A DNA stretch of 64,000 nt from a virus. Taxonomy: Duplodnaviria; Caudoviricetes. Position 1 is the first letter of the stretch; every line of letters starts with the position of its first letter. Below are positions 27,347 through 36,793 of the stretch, piece after piece. The notes below the pieces were generated by a model that searched no databases, was not told the origin of the DNA, and saw only the letters and a list, made by a program, of their open reading frames with translations. Position numbers and translations under genes: made by a program. The stretch spans positions 1-64,000 of IMG/VR virus record IMGVR_UViG_3300021387_000034; one strand, given 5' to 3'.

Positions 27347-27751
27347 ATGAAAGCAAACGAATTGATGATTGGCGATTGGGTGATGAATACCCATAATCAA
27401 AAGCCCGAACAGGTTTGTGAAATTCGTGAGAGTATGGTGATGTTGGATTACAATGACTTGTATGACTTTGATGAAATAGAGCCAATCCCTATCATTCAAG
27501 AGATTCTTGAAAAGAATGGGTTTGTTGCCAAAAAGTATGTTTATCCATACCCATATTATGAATACGAGGTTAAAGAAATCAAAGTAAAAGTCGGATTTGC
27601 ATTTCCGCAAGGAAATAGAACATCACACAAAGAACCTTGGGTTTATATTGATACGGAAAATGTTTTTGTTGAGCATTTACCTTGTACGTTTGTTCACCAA
27701 CTACAGCACGCATTAAGACTTTGTGGAATTGAAAAAGAAATAGTGTTATGA
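27347..27751 (+). CDS. hypothetical phage protein
   Basis: 134 aa, starts MKANELMIGDWV and ends VHQLQHALRLCGI. Confidence 0.8.
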   Translation: MKANELMIGDWVMNTHNQKPEQVCEIRESMVMLDYNDLYDFDEIEPIPIIQEILEKNGFVAKKYVYPYPYYEYEVKEIKVKVGFAFPQGNRTSHKEPWVYIDTENVFVEHLPCTFVHQLQHALRLCGIEKEIVL

Positions 27752-28188
27752 CAAGGGAAATTGAATTTCGTGGTTTTGATGGTACAAAATGGTACTATGG
27801 AAACTTGAAATACAACAGAAAGGTTGATGTTGCAATGATTCACGTATACGAGAAAGATGGTTATTATTACCGTCAATACTCCGTTGACCCAGACACTATA
27901 GGTCAGTTTACGGGTTTGCGTGACAAGAACGGAAAGAAAGTGTTTGAAGGTGACATACTATTGTGGACACGGAAGAATGTCCATATAGAAGGCCGTCAAA
28001 TACAAGATTTTTCGGACAAGTGTATAATCTACTATGACAATGATAAGTGTGGTTTTAGATTTAGATGCAAACTTGATTGCGGTTCTTGCGTGGGCAATCT
28101 TGATTTTAGTGATGATAGAGCAAAAGAGTCATACATTGAAGTCATCGGCAACATTTACGACAATCCAGACTTGCTATCATTCAAATAA
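27748..28188 (+). CDS. YopX-family protein
   Basis: MTREIEFRG; TIGQFTGLRDKNGKKVFEGDI; EVIGNIYDNPDLL. Confidence 0.9.
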   Translation: MTREIEFRGFDGTKWYYGNLKYNRKVDVAMIHVYEKDGYYYRQYSVDPDTIGQFTGLRDKNGKKVFEGDILLWTRKNVHIEGRQIQDFSDKCIIYYDNDKCGFRFRCKLDCGSCVGNLDFSDDRAKESYIEVIGNIYDNPDLLSFK

Positions 28189-28246
28189 ACACAATGAACT
28201 ATTATTAAACAAGTAACAAACAAAAATATATTATTTTATTAGATTT

Positions 28247-28825
28247 ATGATTAAGCGAATAGATGAATTTATTGGTCGTGCTTATGAAACGGCTAAGAAA
28301 CACGGTTTTCACGATGAAAAGACGAGTGTTGAGCATCAGTTGATGTTAGTTATTAGTGAAATTTCGGAGGCGGTAGAGGCAGACCGTAAGAATCTTCATG
28401 CCAATCTTGACGGTTTTGAAATTTGCAAGGACTTGACGTACAATGACCGTTTCAAGAACTATGTGAAAGATAGCGTCGAGGACGAAATGGCTGATGTGTG
28501 CATACGAATTTTCGATATGTGCGGTTATTTCGGTGTCAAGCCTTACCGTTCGATGGAGGAAATTTTAACGTTGCGTGATGATTGGCGACAGGAAATTGGG
28601 AAGATGCGTTTTTCTGAGCAGGCTTATGCGTTGGTACAATTGCTTACTTCGTGGCCACCTACGGAAGTTAATCAAGTTGGTGGTGTATTAAGTCATGTGT
28701 TCGGTGCTGCATTGTTTTTCATACATTATTGGTCGTTGGAAATGGGCATTGATTTGGCGCGTCATATTGAATTAAAGATGGAATACAACGAATCGCGTGG
28801 TTACAAGCACGGCAAGAAATATTAG
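28247..28825 (+). CDS. MazG-like nucleotide pyrophosphohydrolase
   Basis: LMLVISEISEAVEADR...VEDEMADVCIRIFD; terminal KMEYNESR.YKHGKKY. Confidence 0.75.
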   Translation: MIKRIDEFIGRAYETAKKHGFHDEKTSVEHQLMLVISEISEAVEADRKNLHANLDGFEICKDLTYNDRFKNYVKDSVEDEMADVCIRIFDMCGYFGVKPYRSMEEILTLRDDWRQEIGKMRFSEQAYALVQLLTSWPPTEVNQVGGVLSHVFGAALFFIHYWSLEMGIDLARHIELKMEYNESRGYKHGKKY

Positions 28826-28829
28826 AAAA

Positions 28830-28912
28830 CGTATTTTAAAGCCTTTTAGCGGCATTTTTTCTTTCGGTGTGTAATTTATCCACCAACGGCAAAAAAGGCC
28901 GCCTGCGGGCTT
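28830..28912. repeat. dispersed degenerate palindromic element, copy 2 (reverse orientation)
   Basis: Reverse complement reads AAGCCC...TTACACACC...GCTAAAAGGCTTTAAAATACG. Confidence 0.55.
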
Positions 28913-28959
28913 AAAAAGTGACAAAAACAAGATTATTTGATATTAAATAAGATAAGATT

Positions 28960-29166
28960 ATGGGAGAAAAGTATGTAAACACATTCAAGATTAGTATTTC
29001 TTACCAAGGTCGTGCGGTAACAGTTGATTTGCGTAAGATAGTCGCAATAAATCATCCGAAAGTAAACGACAAGTATTTTTGCGTTTATTTCGACAATATG
29101 ATTTGGAAAGTGGCGGTTAGTGAACATGACAGCTTGTACAAGTCATGGATGAACGTTGTTGTATGA
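28960..29166 (+). CDS. hypothetical protein
   Basis: 68 aa. Confidence 0.65.
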   Translation: MGEKYVNTFKISISYQGRAVTVDLRKIVAINHPKVNDKYFCVYFDNMIWKVAVSEHDSLYKSWMNVVV

Positions 29167-29333
29167 AATGCAAGAATTGTTGCTTTTGGAAAGGTATTCG
29201 TGGTGACAAGCATTGTGTTTGCGTGGAAAGCGCGAAGCCGTGTGAATTGGAACGTAACGGACGTAAGAAGAAAGCGCGTAACAAGAAAAAGCTTGAAATG
29301 TATGGCAAAGGTGCTAAGAAAATGCGGTTTTAG
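29145..29333 (+). CDS. small Cys-rich basic protein
   Basis: CxxCxxC...C; start uncertain. Confidence 0.45.
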   Translation: MDERCCMKCKNCCFWKGIRGDKHCVCVESAKPCELERNGRKKKARNKKKLEMYGKGAKKMRF

Positions 29334-29447
29334 CGGATTTAACGGCCAATCGTGGTACACATATCTACTTTTCGGGTGTCTATGGGTACACATCAACAAA
29401 CATTTCCGTTGGCCGTTGGTAAGTTTTACGAAATTACCGTTTTGATT

Positions 29448-30260
29448 ATGATTGAACTCGACAAGATTTACAACATGGACTGCCTCGAAGGTATGAAGAT
29501 GATTCCGAATAGGAGTATCGACTGCATCATCACGGATTTGCCTTATGGGACAACATATTCAGACTTTGACAAAATGCTGCGAAACAACAAAAGAATCCGC
29601 CAATACGACATTATTTCCATGCCCCTTTTGTGGGAACAATATACGCGAATTATCAAGCCTGATGGTGCTATCTGTTTATTTGCATGTCAACCGTTTACAT
29701 CTACGCTTGTGGCTTCCAACGTCGAGTGGTATAAGTATTCGTGGATATGGATAAAGAACAAAGCAGCAAATCATGTCGCCATCAAATACCAGCCGTTAAA
29801 GATTACCGAAGAGATTTGCGTATTCTCTAACGCAGGTGTTAATACAAGAAGTCTCTGCCCCATTAAATACAACCCGCAGGGTGTTATCTGGAATAGACAG
29901 ACAAAAACAAGAAAAAATGACATTGTCAAACGTGGTGTGTATAAGTATAATAACCTTAAAGCTGGGATTTACGAGGTTAAAGGAAACAATTATCCTACGA
30001 ATATGCTTTACTACCCTGTTCCTTCTGGCAAAGAGCGAGTCCATCCCACCCAAAAGCCCGTCGAACTCATCCGCTATCTTATTCGGACGTACTCCAATCC
30101 TGACGACACCATACTTGATTCGTGCATGGGTTCAGGTACAACAGCAATCGCAGCACTGCGTGAAGACAGACATTTTGTCGGCTTTGAGTTGAATAAGGAA
30201 TACTACGACAAGGCAAACAAAAGGATAAAGTTAGAACAACAACAATTAAGTTTATTTTAA
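29448..30260 (+). CDS. DNA amino-methyltransferase (N6-A/N4-C, beta class) 1
   Basis: DCLEGM, TDLPYG, HPTQKP, DSCMGSGTT; start moved to MIELDK. Confidence 0.9.
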   Translation: MIELDKIYNMDCLEGMKMIPNRSIDCIITDLPYGTTYSDFDKMLRNNKRIRQYDIISMPLLWEQYTRIIKPDGAICLFACQPFTSTLVASNVEWYKYSWIWIKNKAANHVAIKYQPLKITEEICVFSNAGVNTRSLCPIKYNPQGVIWNRQTKTRKNDIVKRGVYKYNNLKAGIYEVKGNNYPTNMLYYPVPSGKERVHPTQKPVELIRYLIRTYSNPDDTILDSCMGSGTTAIAALREDRHFVGFELNKEYYDKANKRIKLEQQQLSLF

Positions 30261-30272
30261 AATATTATAATC

Positions 30273-30623
30273 ATGGAAATTCAAGGTAGAGTAATTGCAA
30301 TTTTAGAGCCACAAAGATTCGTTTCGCAAAAGAACGGAAACGAATATGTGACTACCGTGTTTGTCATCGAAACCCCTGGCCAGTATCCTAAGAAAGTGGC
30401 CATGAAAGTAATGGGTGAGGATAAGTTCAAGCAAATGGGTATCGTTATCGGTGGTACTTATAACGTGTCGTTTGATGTGGAAAGCCGTGAATGGAAAGGT
30501 AAATGGTTCACAGAAGCGTCGGCTTGGCGTGCGCAACGTATTGATGGTGTTCAACAACAACCTGCTAACAATAATAACGTGAATGAGCAACCGCAAAAAG
30601 CAAACGATGATGTACCTTTCTAA
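30273..30623 (+). CDS. DUF3127-like OB-fold / SSB-like protein
   Basis: MEIQGRVI..L; YPKKV; VSFDVESREWKGKWFT; acidic DDVPF tail. Confidence 0.8.
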   Translation: MEIQGRVIAILEPQRFVSQKNGNEYVTTVFVIETPGQYPKKVAMKVMGEDKFKQMGIVIGGTYNVSFDVESREWKGKWFTEASAWRAQRIDGVQQQPANNNNVNEQPQKANDDVPF

Positions 30624-30649
30624 GCGTATCTAAAGAATACACATCTACT

Positions 30650-30991
30650 ATGGCGAATAAGAAAGCAAGATTGCAAGAACTTTGCCGTGAATATCTTTCA
30701 CGCTTACGTTACATGGGTAAGAAACACGGCATTGATGTTGATGCGATTATCCGTGCCAACAAGAGGCATGAATGCGAGGCAACGGAGAAAGAGGTTTCTA
30801 TGCTTTCACGACTTGTCGATGATGAACGTGTTAGCCGCAAGGATATACCAGAAATTGTCGGCAAGTCATATCGCCAATGTTGTGATGACGGTACGTTTGA
30901 CAAGATAAAGACGTTGAAACGTGTCGGTATTTATTCTAAAGTTAGTGCATTGTTGTATAAAAGCAAAATAAATGAAAGAACCGAGAAGTAA
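30650..30991 (+). CDS. hypothetical DNA-binding protein
   Basis: 113 aa, with HTH-like RKDIPEIVGKSYRQC. Confidence 0.65.
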   Translation: MANKKARLQELCREYLSRLRYMGKKHGIDVDAIIRANKRHECEATEKEVSMLSRLVDDERVSRKDIPEIVGKSYRQCCDDGTFDKIKTLKRVGIYSKVSALLYKSKINERTEK

Positions 30992-31616
30992 TGTTTTTAA
31001 TGTTGATTGCGTAGAATATATGCGCACATTGCCAAATAATTATTTCGACCTTTGTATTGCCGACCCCAATTACGGGATAGGCATAGCAGCCAATCCTGTA
31101 CGGCAAGCGCATGAAAGAAAAGACTGGGACAATAAAACACCAGACAAAGAGTTCTTTGATGAACTATTCCGTGTGTCAAGGAATCAGATTATATGGGGCG
31201 GTAATTATTTTGACCTACCACCAACGAAAGGCTTTATCGTGTGGGATAAAAAACAGCCGATAGATTTCACGCTTTCTATGTGCGAATACGCTTGGACGAG
31301 TTTTAATAAGCCTGCAAAGATGTTTAGGGAGCACGTTCCGTCTAATGGAGAGGTAAAAATCCACCCAACGCAGAAAAGCGTAAACTTATATGCTTGGATA
31401 TTGCGCAACTATGCCAAAGACGGTGACTTGATATTTGACCCTATGATGGGTAGCCAGTCGAGCCGTATAGCAGCATACAAGATGGGCTTTGATTATGTAG
31501 GGTGCGAGGTTGAGCCTTTATACTTTAACAAAGGGAACGAACGCTTTAACAAGATATGTAACGGAGTAGTAAAACAATCCGATGGAACTGAAATTAAACA
31601 ATTAACTTTGTTTTAG
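30972..31616 (+). CDS. DNA amino-methyltransferase (beta class) 2
   Basis: DCVEYM, IADPNYG, IIWGGNYF, HPTQK, DPMMGSQSS. Confidence 0.85.
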   Translation: MKEPRSNVFNVDCVEYMRTLPNNYFDLCIADPNYGIGIAANPVRQAHERKDWDNKTPDKEFFDELFRVSRNQIIWGGNYFDLPPTKGFIVWDKKQPIDFTLSMCEYAWTSFNKPAKMFREHVPSNGEVKIHPTQKSVNLYAWILRNYAKDGDLIFDPMMGSQSSRIAAYKMGFDYVGCEVEPLYFNKGNERFNKICNGVVKQSDGTEIKQLTLF

Positions 31617-31634
31617 TTAAATAACATTAAATTA

Positions 31635-31666
31635 TTTGGAAATATGAAATAAAAGTAGTATCTTTG
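31635..31666 (+). promoter_or_regulatory. sigma-A promoter followed by a structured leader
   Basis: TTTG-N20-TATCTTTG. Confidence 0.8.
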
Positions 31667-31914
31667 CACCAACCTATCAACCATGCGTTGAAAAGGTAAC
31701 GGTGGCGTAGTTCCCGAAAGGGTGGTATCTTTTTAGGTATTATTGGTTAATTGCGCCACTTGTTAAGAAAGAATCGTTGATGCGTTGCCTATCACTTTAG
31801 ACGCAAAAACGTAGAGATATAAGTAATTACTATTTTCGCCAAAACGGGTGATAAGAAATTGGAGTGATAGCCAAGAGTATTATCGCCCGTTGGCTTTTAA
31901 AACTATCACAAATT

Positions 31915-32465
31915 ATGAAAAAAGAGTATTTAGCGGCACTTGCCAGCCCACAATGGCAAAAGAAACGTCTTGAAATCATGCAAAGAGACAATTTTACTTG
32001 CCAATTTTGCGGTTGTAAGGATAGAACGTTGCACATTCATCACAAAGTGTACGAAAAAGGAAAGAAACCTTGGGAATACGAAGACAAGGATTTGATTACT
32101 TTGTGCGATAGGTGTCACGAATACATAACCGATGAAAAAAACAGTCTTTACGAAAATTTTACCAATGCACGAGATTGTTTTAGAAAGTTTGGTTTTAGTG
32201 ATTCGATTTTTAATGCAATTTTGTGTGGCTTTTGTTCTTTTTTCGAAAGCATAAAAGAACAAGAAAAACATTGGAATTTTGATATAACAAAGCAAAAAAC
32301 ATCCATGATGCTGTTATGAGCACCCAAAATTATGACGATGTTAAAACCCTCGTTAAATTGGGGATTAAAGAAAAAGAATTGGTGAATTTCAATTATCCTA
32401 TTTTTCTTGAAGACTATGATAATGCTAAAATAGATAAAAACGTATCTTTACTTCTTAATGATTGA
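31915..32465 (+). pseudogene. HNH endonuclease gene with an apparent -1 frameshift near 32290
   Basis: WQKKRLEIMQRDNFTCQFCG...LHIHH...LITLCDRCH; frame 0 stops at 32319, while the -1 frame is open 32292-32465 and abuts the next gene. Confidence 0.65.
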
Positions 32466-32473
32466 TTGCTAAT

Positions 32474-33334
32474 ATGGAAAGAAACGATTATATTACCATC
32501 CAATCCTACATGGTAACGGAACTTGGATTGAGCGGAAACAATTTGATTATCTATGCCCTTATACATGGTTTTTGTAAAGATGGAATACACGAATTTAAGG
32601 GTAGTATAAATTATATTTGTGAATGGACTAACCTTACACGAAACACCGTGATAGCTATTCTAAAGCAATTAGTTGAAAGTGAATTACTCGTAAAGAGAAC
32701 ATACAAGGAAAATAATGTTACTTTTTGCGCTTATTCATTGGGTAGTGCAAAAATTGTACCACCAGTGCAAAATATAGATGAGGGTAGTGCAAAAATTTCA
32801 CCCAATAATAATATAGATAATACTAAATTGAAAAAAGATAAAGAAGAATCTTTATCTAAAAGTGCAAGCGATGTGGAACTTTTTGAAAAATGTTGGATTG
32901 AATATAGGAGAAAAGGGAAAAAGGGCAAATCCTTACCATATTGGAAAAAACTAACTGAAAGTGAGAAGCAAATGGTACTTCCACATATCAAGGCTTATGT
33001 AACAAGTCGTGAATTACAATTCCAACAGGATTTTGAACGATACCTACGCGATAAAACATTTACCACAATCGTATTTTCAAAAAACAAGGTAATATATGAC
33101 CCTACAAGGTTAGACAAGAAAGACAAAGCCAATGAGGTATATATGCCGCTAACGGACGGTGCATTATCATGGAGCAACGATTTAAATTGTTATGTTTACG
33201 TAGGAATGTACTACGGTCATGTTTCCGATGGATATACCGATGAAAACCGTCCTAACGGCGCAAAGGTGTTTCTTGGTAATGGTGGCGGTTATATTGTTTG
33301 GAATAGCGAAACTAAAACTTGGGATAAGATATGA
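32474..33334 (+). CDS. replication initiator / replisome organiser-like protein
   Basis: N-terminal wHTH (SINYICEWTNLTRNTVIAILKQLVE), low-complexity linker, FEKCW.EYRRKGKK domain; upstream of primase-helicase. Confidence 0.7.
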   Translation: MERNDYITIQSYMVTELGLSGNNLIIYALIHGFCKDGIHEFKGSINYICEWTNLTRNTVIAILKQLVESELLVKRTYKENNVTFCAYSLGSAKIVPPVQNIDEGSAKISPNNNIDNTKLKKDKEESLSKSASDVELFEKCWIEYRRKGKKGKSLPYWKKLTESEKQMVLPHIKAYVTSRELQFQQDFERYLRDKTFTTIVFSKNKVIYDPTRLDKKDKANEVYMPLTDGALSWSNDLNCYVYVGMYYGHVSDGYTDENRPNGAKVFLGNGGGYIVWNSETKTWDKI

Positions 33335-34140
33335 TAGAACTCGATAAAATATACAACATGGACTGCCTCGAAGGGATGAAGATGATTCCAGACGGGATGG
33401 TGGATGCCATCATCTGCGACTTGCCATACGAGGTTCTGCACAAGAACAACCCCAACGCACAATGGGACAGACTCATTCCGATGGAACCGCTATGGGAGCA
33501 GTACAAGCGCGTCATCAAGGACAATGGGGCCATCCTGCTGTTCTGTCAGGGAATGTTCACGGCACAGCTGATGATGTCGCAGCCGAAACTCTGGCGATAC
33601 AACCTTGTCTGGGACAAGTGTCGCTCGACAGGCTTCCTCAATGCCAACCGCATGCCGCTGCGCTGTCATGAGGATATCGCCGTGTTCTACAAGTCGCTGC
33701 CCGTCTATCATCCGCAGATGACCGTCGGCACACCAAGTCATCCGCGTCATCCGCAGGGGAACGGCAAGCACAAGGAAACCAACAACTGCTACGGCAAGTT
33801 TAAAAGCGGGCGAACCTACGACTACGACAAGCAGATACGCAAGGTAGAGCCGACACGGCCTGGCGAGAAGTTTCCCACGAGTATCATTCGCATCAAGAAA
33901 GAACATGAAACCACCGTGCTCCATCCCACGCAGAAGCCCGTCGAGCTTATCCGCTATCTTATCCGCACTTACAGCGAAACGGGTGGGGTAATTCTCGACA
34001 ACTGCATGGGCAGTGGCACGACGGCTATAGCGTGTATTAAAGAAAAGCGTAATTTTGTAGGGTTTGAATTGGATAAGAACTATTACGAGATTGCAAAAAA
34101 AAGAATAGAAAAAGAACAATCACAATTAAGTTTGTTTTAG
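33331..34140 (+). CDS. DNA amino-methyltransferase (beta class) 3
   Basis: DCLEGM, CDLPYE, HPTQKP, DNCMGSGTT; GC-rich core. Confidence 0.9.
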   Translation: MIELDKIYNMDCLEGMKMIPDGMVDAIICDLPYEVLHKNNPNAQWDRLIPMEPLWEQYKRVIKDNGAILLFCQGMFTAQLMMSQPKLWRYNLVWDKCRSTGFLNANRMPLRCHEDIAVFYKSLPVYHPQMTVGTPSHPRHPQGNGKHKETNNCYGKFKSGRTYDYDKQIRKVEPTRPGEKFPTSIIRIKKEHETTVLHPTQKPVELIRYLIRTYSETGGVILDNCMGSGTTAIACIKEKRNFVGFELDKNYYEIAKKRIEKEQSQLSLF

Positions 34141-34144
34141 TAAC

Positions 34145-36304
34145 ATGTACGAAATAGACGAATCGCAAATAAGGCTTTGGTGGAGCGTATTCAACCCACA
34201 AAACAAGTTGGTAGAGATACGCTTGTTAGGAAAGAATACGTATAGTGGGTATTTCAAGGATATTGATACTCTTATTGCCCAAATACGTCCTTTGCTTGAC
34301 CATAACAACATGCAATACTATGGTGCTATGCAAGCGTATTTCACGTTGAACGAAATCAACGAGGATTTGTATAGCCGCGAGCAACACGACGTATTTGTAA
34401 AGAAGCCGAAGTCAACGACCGCCGACGGAGACGTAATACGCAGGCGTTTTGTTCTTGTTGATTTAGACCCGTCGCGTGCGGCAGGGATAAGTGCAAGTGA
34501 TGCGGAATTTGAAAAGGCACATTTAAAGGCTGTTGATATTTATAGGTATCTGATAAAAGCAGGTTTTAAAGAGCCGATGATAACAACATCTGGTAATGGC
34601 TATCATGTTTATCTTCCTTGCGACATGCCAAATGATGATGTTCACACAGAAATAATAAAGCGTTTCTTGAAATCTTTATCAAAGATGTTCTCCGACGAAA
34701 ACGTTGAAATAGACGAAAAAGTCTTCAACCCTGCGAGAATAGATAAACTTATTGGAACATGGGCTAAGAAAGGAAGTGACACACAAGAAAGGAAATGGCG
34801 TATTTCGCGCATATTGAAAGTTCCGTCAGATATGACTCCCAATGATGCCGCTTTGTTCCAAAAGATAGCGGACTTATTGCCAAAGGAAGAACCAAAGAAC
34901 GTACCTAATCAAAATTATAGAAATCAATTAAGTACCAATTTCGATTTACGAACATGGCTAAAAACATATAACATAGAATATAAAGAAACAACGCAAGGTA
35001 ATAGTACAAAGTTTGTTTTGCGTCATTGCCCTTGGGAAGATACACATAGCAGTAAAAAGGAATGGGAAAGCGCATTGTTTTTGGCACAAGACGGACAAAT
35101 CACGTTTTCTTGTTTCCATAATCATTGTAAATCAAGGACATGGTTTGATTTTCGCCAATTCTATGAACCCGATGCGTATAATAAGCCAGTATATCAAACA
35201 CAAATGTATGCACCACGTCAATATGCGCCGCAAAAGCCAAAGTACGAAATAAAGGACGTATTGCCAGAACTTGGAGAAAAGTGGCTTTCCATGTCATCTA
35301 TACAAAAAGTGGATTTGTCAAAGTTGGAACATTATGCTACTGGTTTTGCCGAACTCGACAAGAATATAATCGGTCTTTATATGTCCGAAGTAACCATATT
35401 ATCTGGTAGTAACGCAAGTGGTAAATCATCGTGGTTGAATACATTATTGCTAAATATAATACAACAAGGCGCAAAGGTTGCGCTATGGTCGGGAGAATTA
35501 CGGCCAGACATTCTTAAAACGTGGGTGCAAATGGTTGCGGCAGGTAAGAATAACCTACGGCAATCAACGTATGATGACGGGAAATATTATGTGCCGAATA
35601 ATATAGCCGAACGTATAGACCAATGGTTAGATGGAAAGTTTTTCTTGTATAACAACGATTACGGTGCAAAATGGCAGCAAATCTTTCACGACATGGAATT
35701 ACTCTTAAAGGCTGGTGTAAAAGTGTTTGCTTTGGATAACTTGTTTAGCCTTGATATTGACATTCTTGATGGTGACAAGAACAGTAAACAACGTGAATTG
35801 ATTTTACAAATAAAGGACTTTGCTAAAAAGAACCAAGTCCACATTATATTGGTTGCACACCCGAGGAAAGTGACCACATTCCTTAGAAAGAACGATATAA
35901 GCGGAACTTCGGATTTGCAAAATGCGGTTGATAAAATATTCATAATCCATCGTGTGAATAATGACTTTTTCCGTGCAGGAGCTGAGTTTTTTGGGCAAGG
36001 TGAAATCCAACGTTTCCAAGGTTTTGGAAATGTTGTTGAAGTGTGTAAAGAAAGACTTTATGGTGTCGTTGACCTTATGGTAGGTATGCAATATGAAATC
36101 GAAAGTCGGCGTTTCAAGAATACGATAGATGAAAATGTACAATATGGTTGGGAATTGCCACCCGCACAAAGCGCGATTTCGTTTGATGATAGGCAAGTGT
36201 ATAGCCAACCACAAGAAAACGCAACACAAGCAAAGGAAACGGCAAATAACGCAAACAACGACATGCCGTTTGAACCTTGCTATGACGATAATGCGCCTTT
36301 TTAG
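34145..36304 (+). CDS. primase-helicase fusion (AEP-type primase plus SF4/DnaB-like helicase)
   Basis: LVDLDP, SGNGYHVY (AEP motifs); SGSNASGKS, ALDNL, LVAHPRK (SF4 motifs). Confidence 0.85.
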   Translation: MYEIDESQIRLWWSVFNPQNKLVEIRLLGKNTYSGYFKDIDTLIAQIRPLLDHNNMQYYGAMQAYFTLNEINEDLYSREQHDVFVKKPKSTTADGDVIRRRFVLVDLDPSRAAGISASDAEFEKAHLKAVDIYRYLIKAGFKEPMITTSGNGYHVYLPCDMPNDDVHTEIIKRFLKSLSKMFSDENVEIDEKVFNPARIDKLIGTWAKKGSDTQERKWRISRILKVPSDMTPNDAALFQKIADLLPKEEPKNVPNQNYRNQLSTNFDLRTWLKTYNIEYKETTQGNSTKFVLRHCPWEDTHSSKKEWESALFLAQDGQITFSCFHNHCKSRTWFDFRQFYEPDAYNKPVYQTQMYAPRQYAPQKPKYEIKDVLPELGEKWLSMSSIQKVDLSKLEHYATGFAELDKNIIGLYMSEVTILSGSNASGKSSWLNTLLLNIIQQGAKVALWSGELRPDILKTWVQMVAAGKNNLRQSTYDDGKYYVPNNIAERIDQWLDGKFFLYNNDYGAKWQQIFHDMELLLKAGVKVFALDNLFSLDIDILDGDKNSKQRELILQIKDFAKKNQVHIILVAHPRKVTTFLRKNDISGTSDLQNAVDKIFIIHRVNNDFFRAGAEFFGQGEIQRFQGFGNVVEVCKERLYGVVDLMVGMQYEIESRRFKNTIDENVQYGWELPPAQSAISFDDRQVYSQPQENATQAKETANNANNDMPFEPCYDDNAPF

Positions 36305-36322
36305 TTAAAAAAGATATAAAAA

Positions 36323-36354
36323 TTTGGCATATTCAAAACAAAACATTATATTTG
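36323..36354 (+). promoter_or_regulatory. sigma-A promoter
   Basis: TTTG-N20-TATATTTG. Confidence 0.8.
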
Positions 36355-36373
36355 CAACAAAATTAAAGAAAAA

Positions 36374-36793
36374 ATGGAGAAACAAAAACTTTACGTAAAA
36401 AACGAAAAAGGTCGTTACGAACCTTACCGTGAACCCGAGCCGCCATTTGACAACGTGCTTTACCGAAAGGTGATGCGTGGAAAGAAAGTCATGTATGAAC
36501 CACAATCCATGTGCATTGACAAAGGGTTAGAGGAAGGCGTTTGGGTAGTCGTAAAGCACATGTACGGCAAATCCTATTCAACGGGTAAGTACCTTAATGA
36601 TTGTTTCATGCTTTTAAAGGCGTGTGACATTCAAGAAACGCCACTTTCTCAATTAGGCGGTATGGATAAGTTGGCCGATTGGCTTTGCTTCAATTGGGAT
36701 AGATTACCACAAAATACATCAAGATACGACATTTGCCGTGCTATTGTAGGAATATTATTTGAATACGAAAAAGATAATAAAAATGGAAAGTAG
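36374..36793 (+). CDS. hypothetical protein
   Basis: 139 aa. Confidence 0.75.
   Translation: MEKQKLYVKNEKGRYEPYREPEPPFDNVLYRKVMRGKKVMYEPQSMCIDKGLEEGVWVVVKHMYGKSYSTGKYLNDCFMLLKACDIQETPLSQLGGMDKLADWLCFNWDRLPQNTSRYDICRAIVGILFEYEKDNKNGK

Noticed and set aside
31690-31770. tRNA
   Set aside because: No TTCG T-loop or cloverleaf; it is a long hairpin leader.
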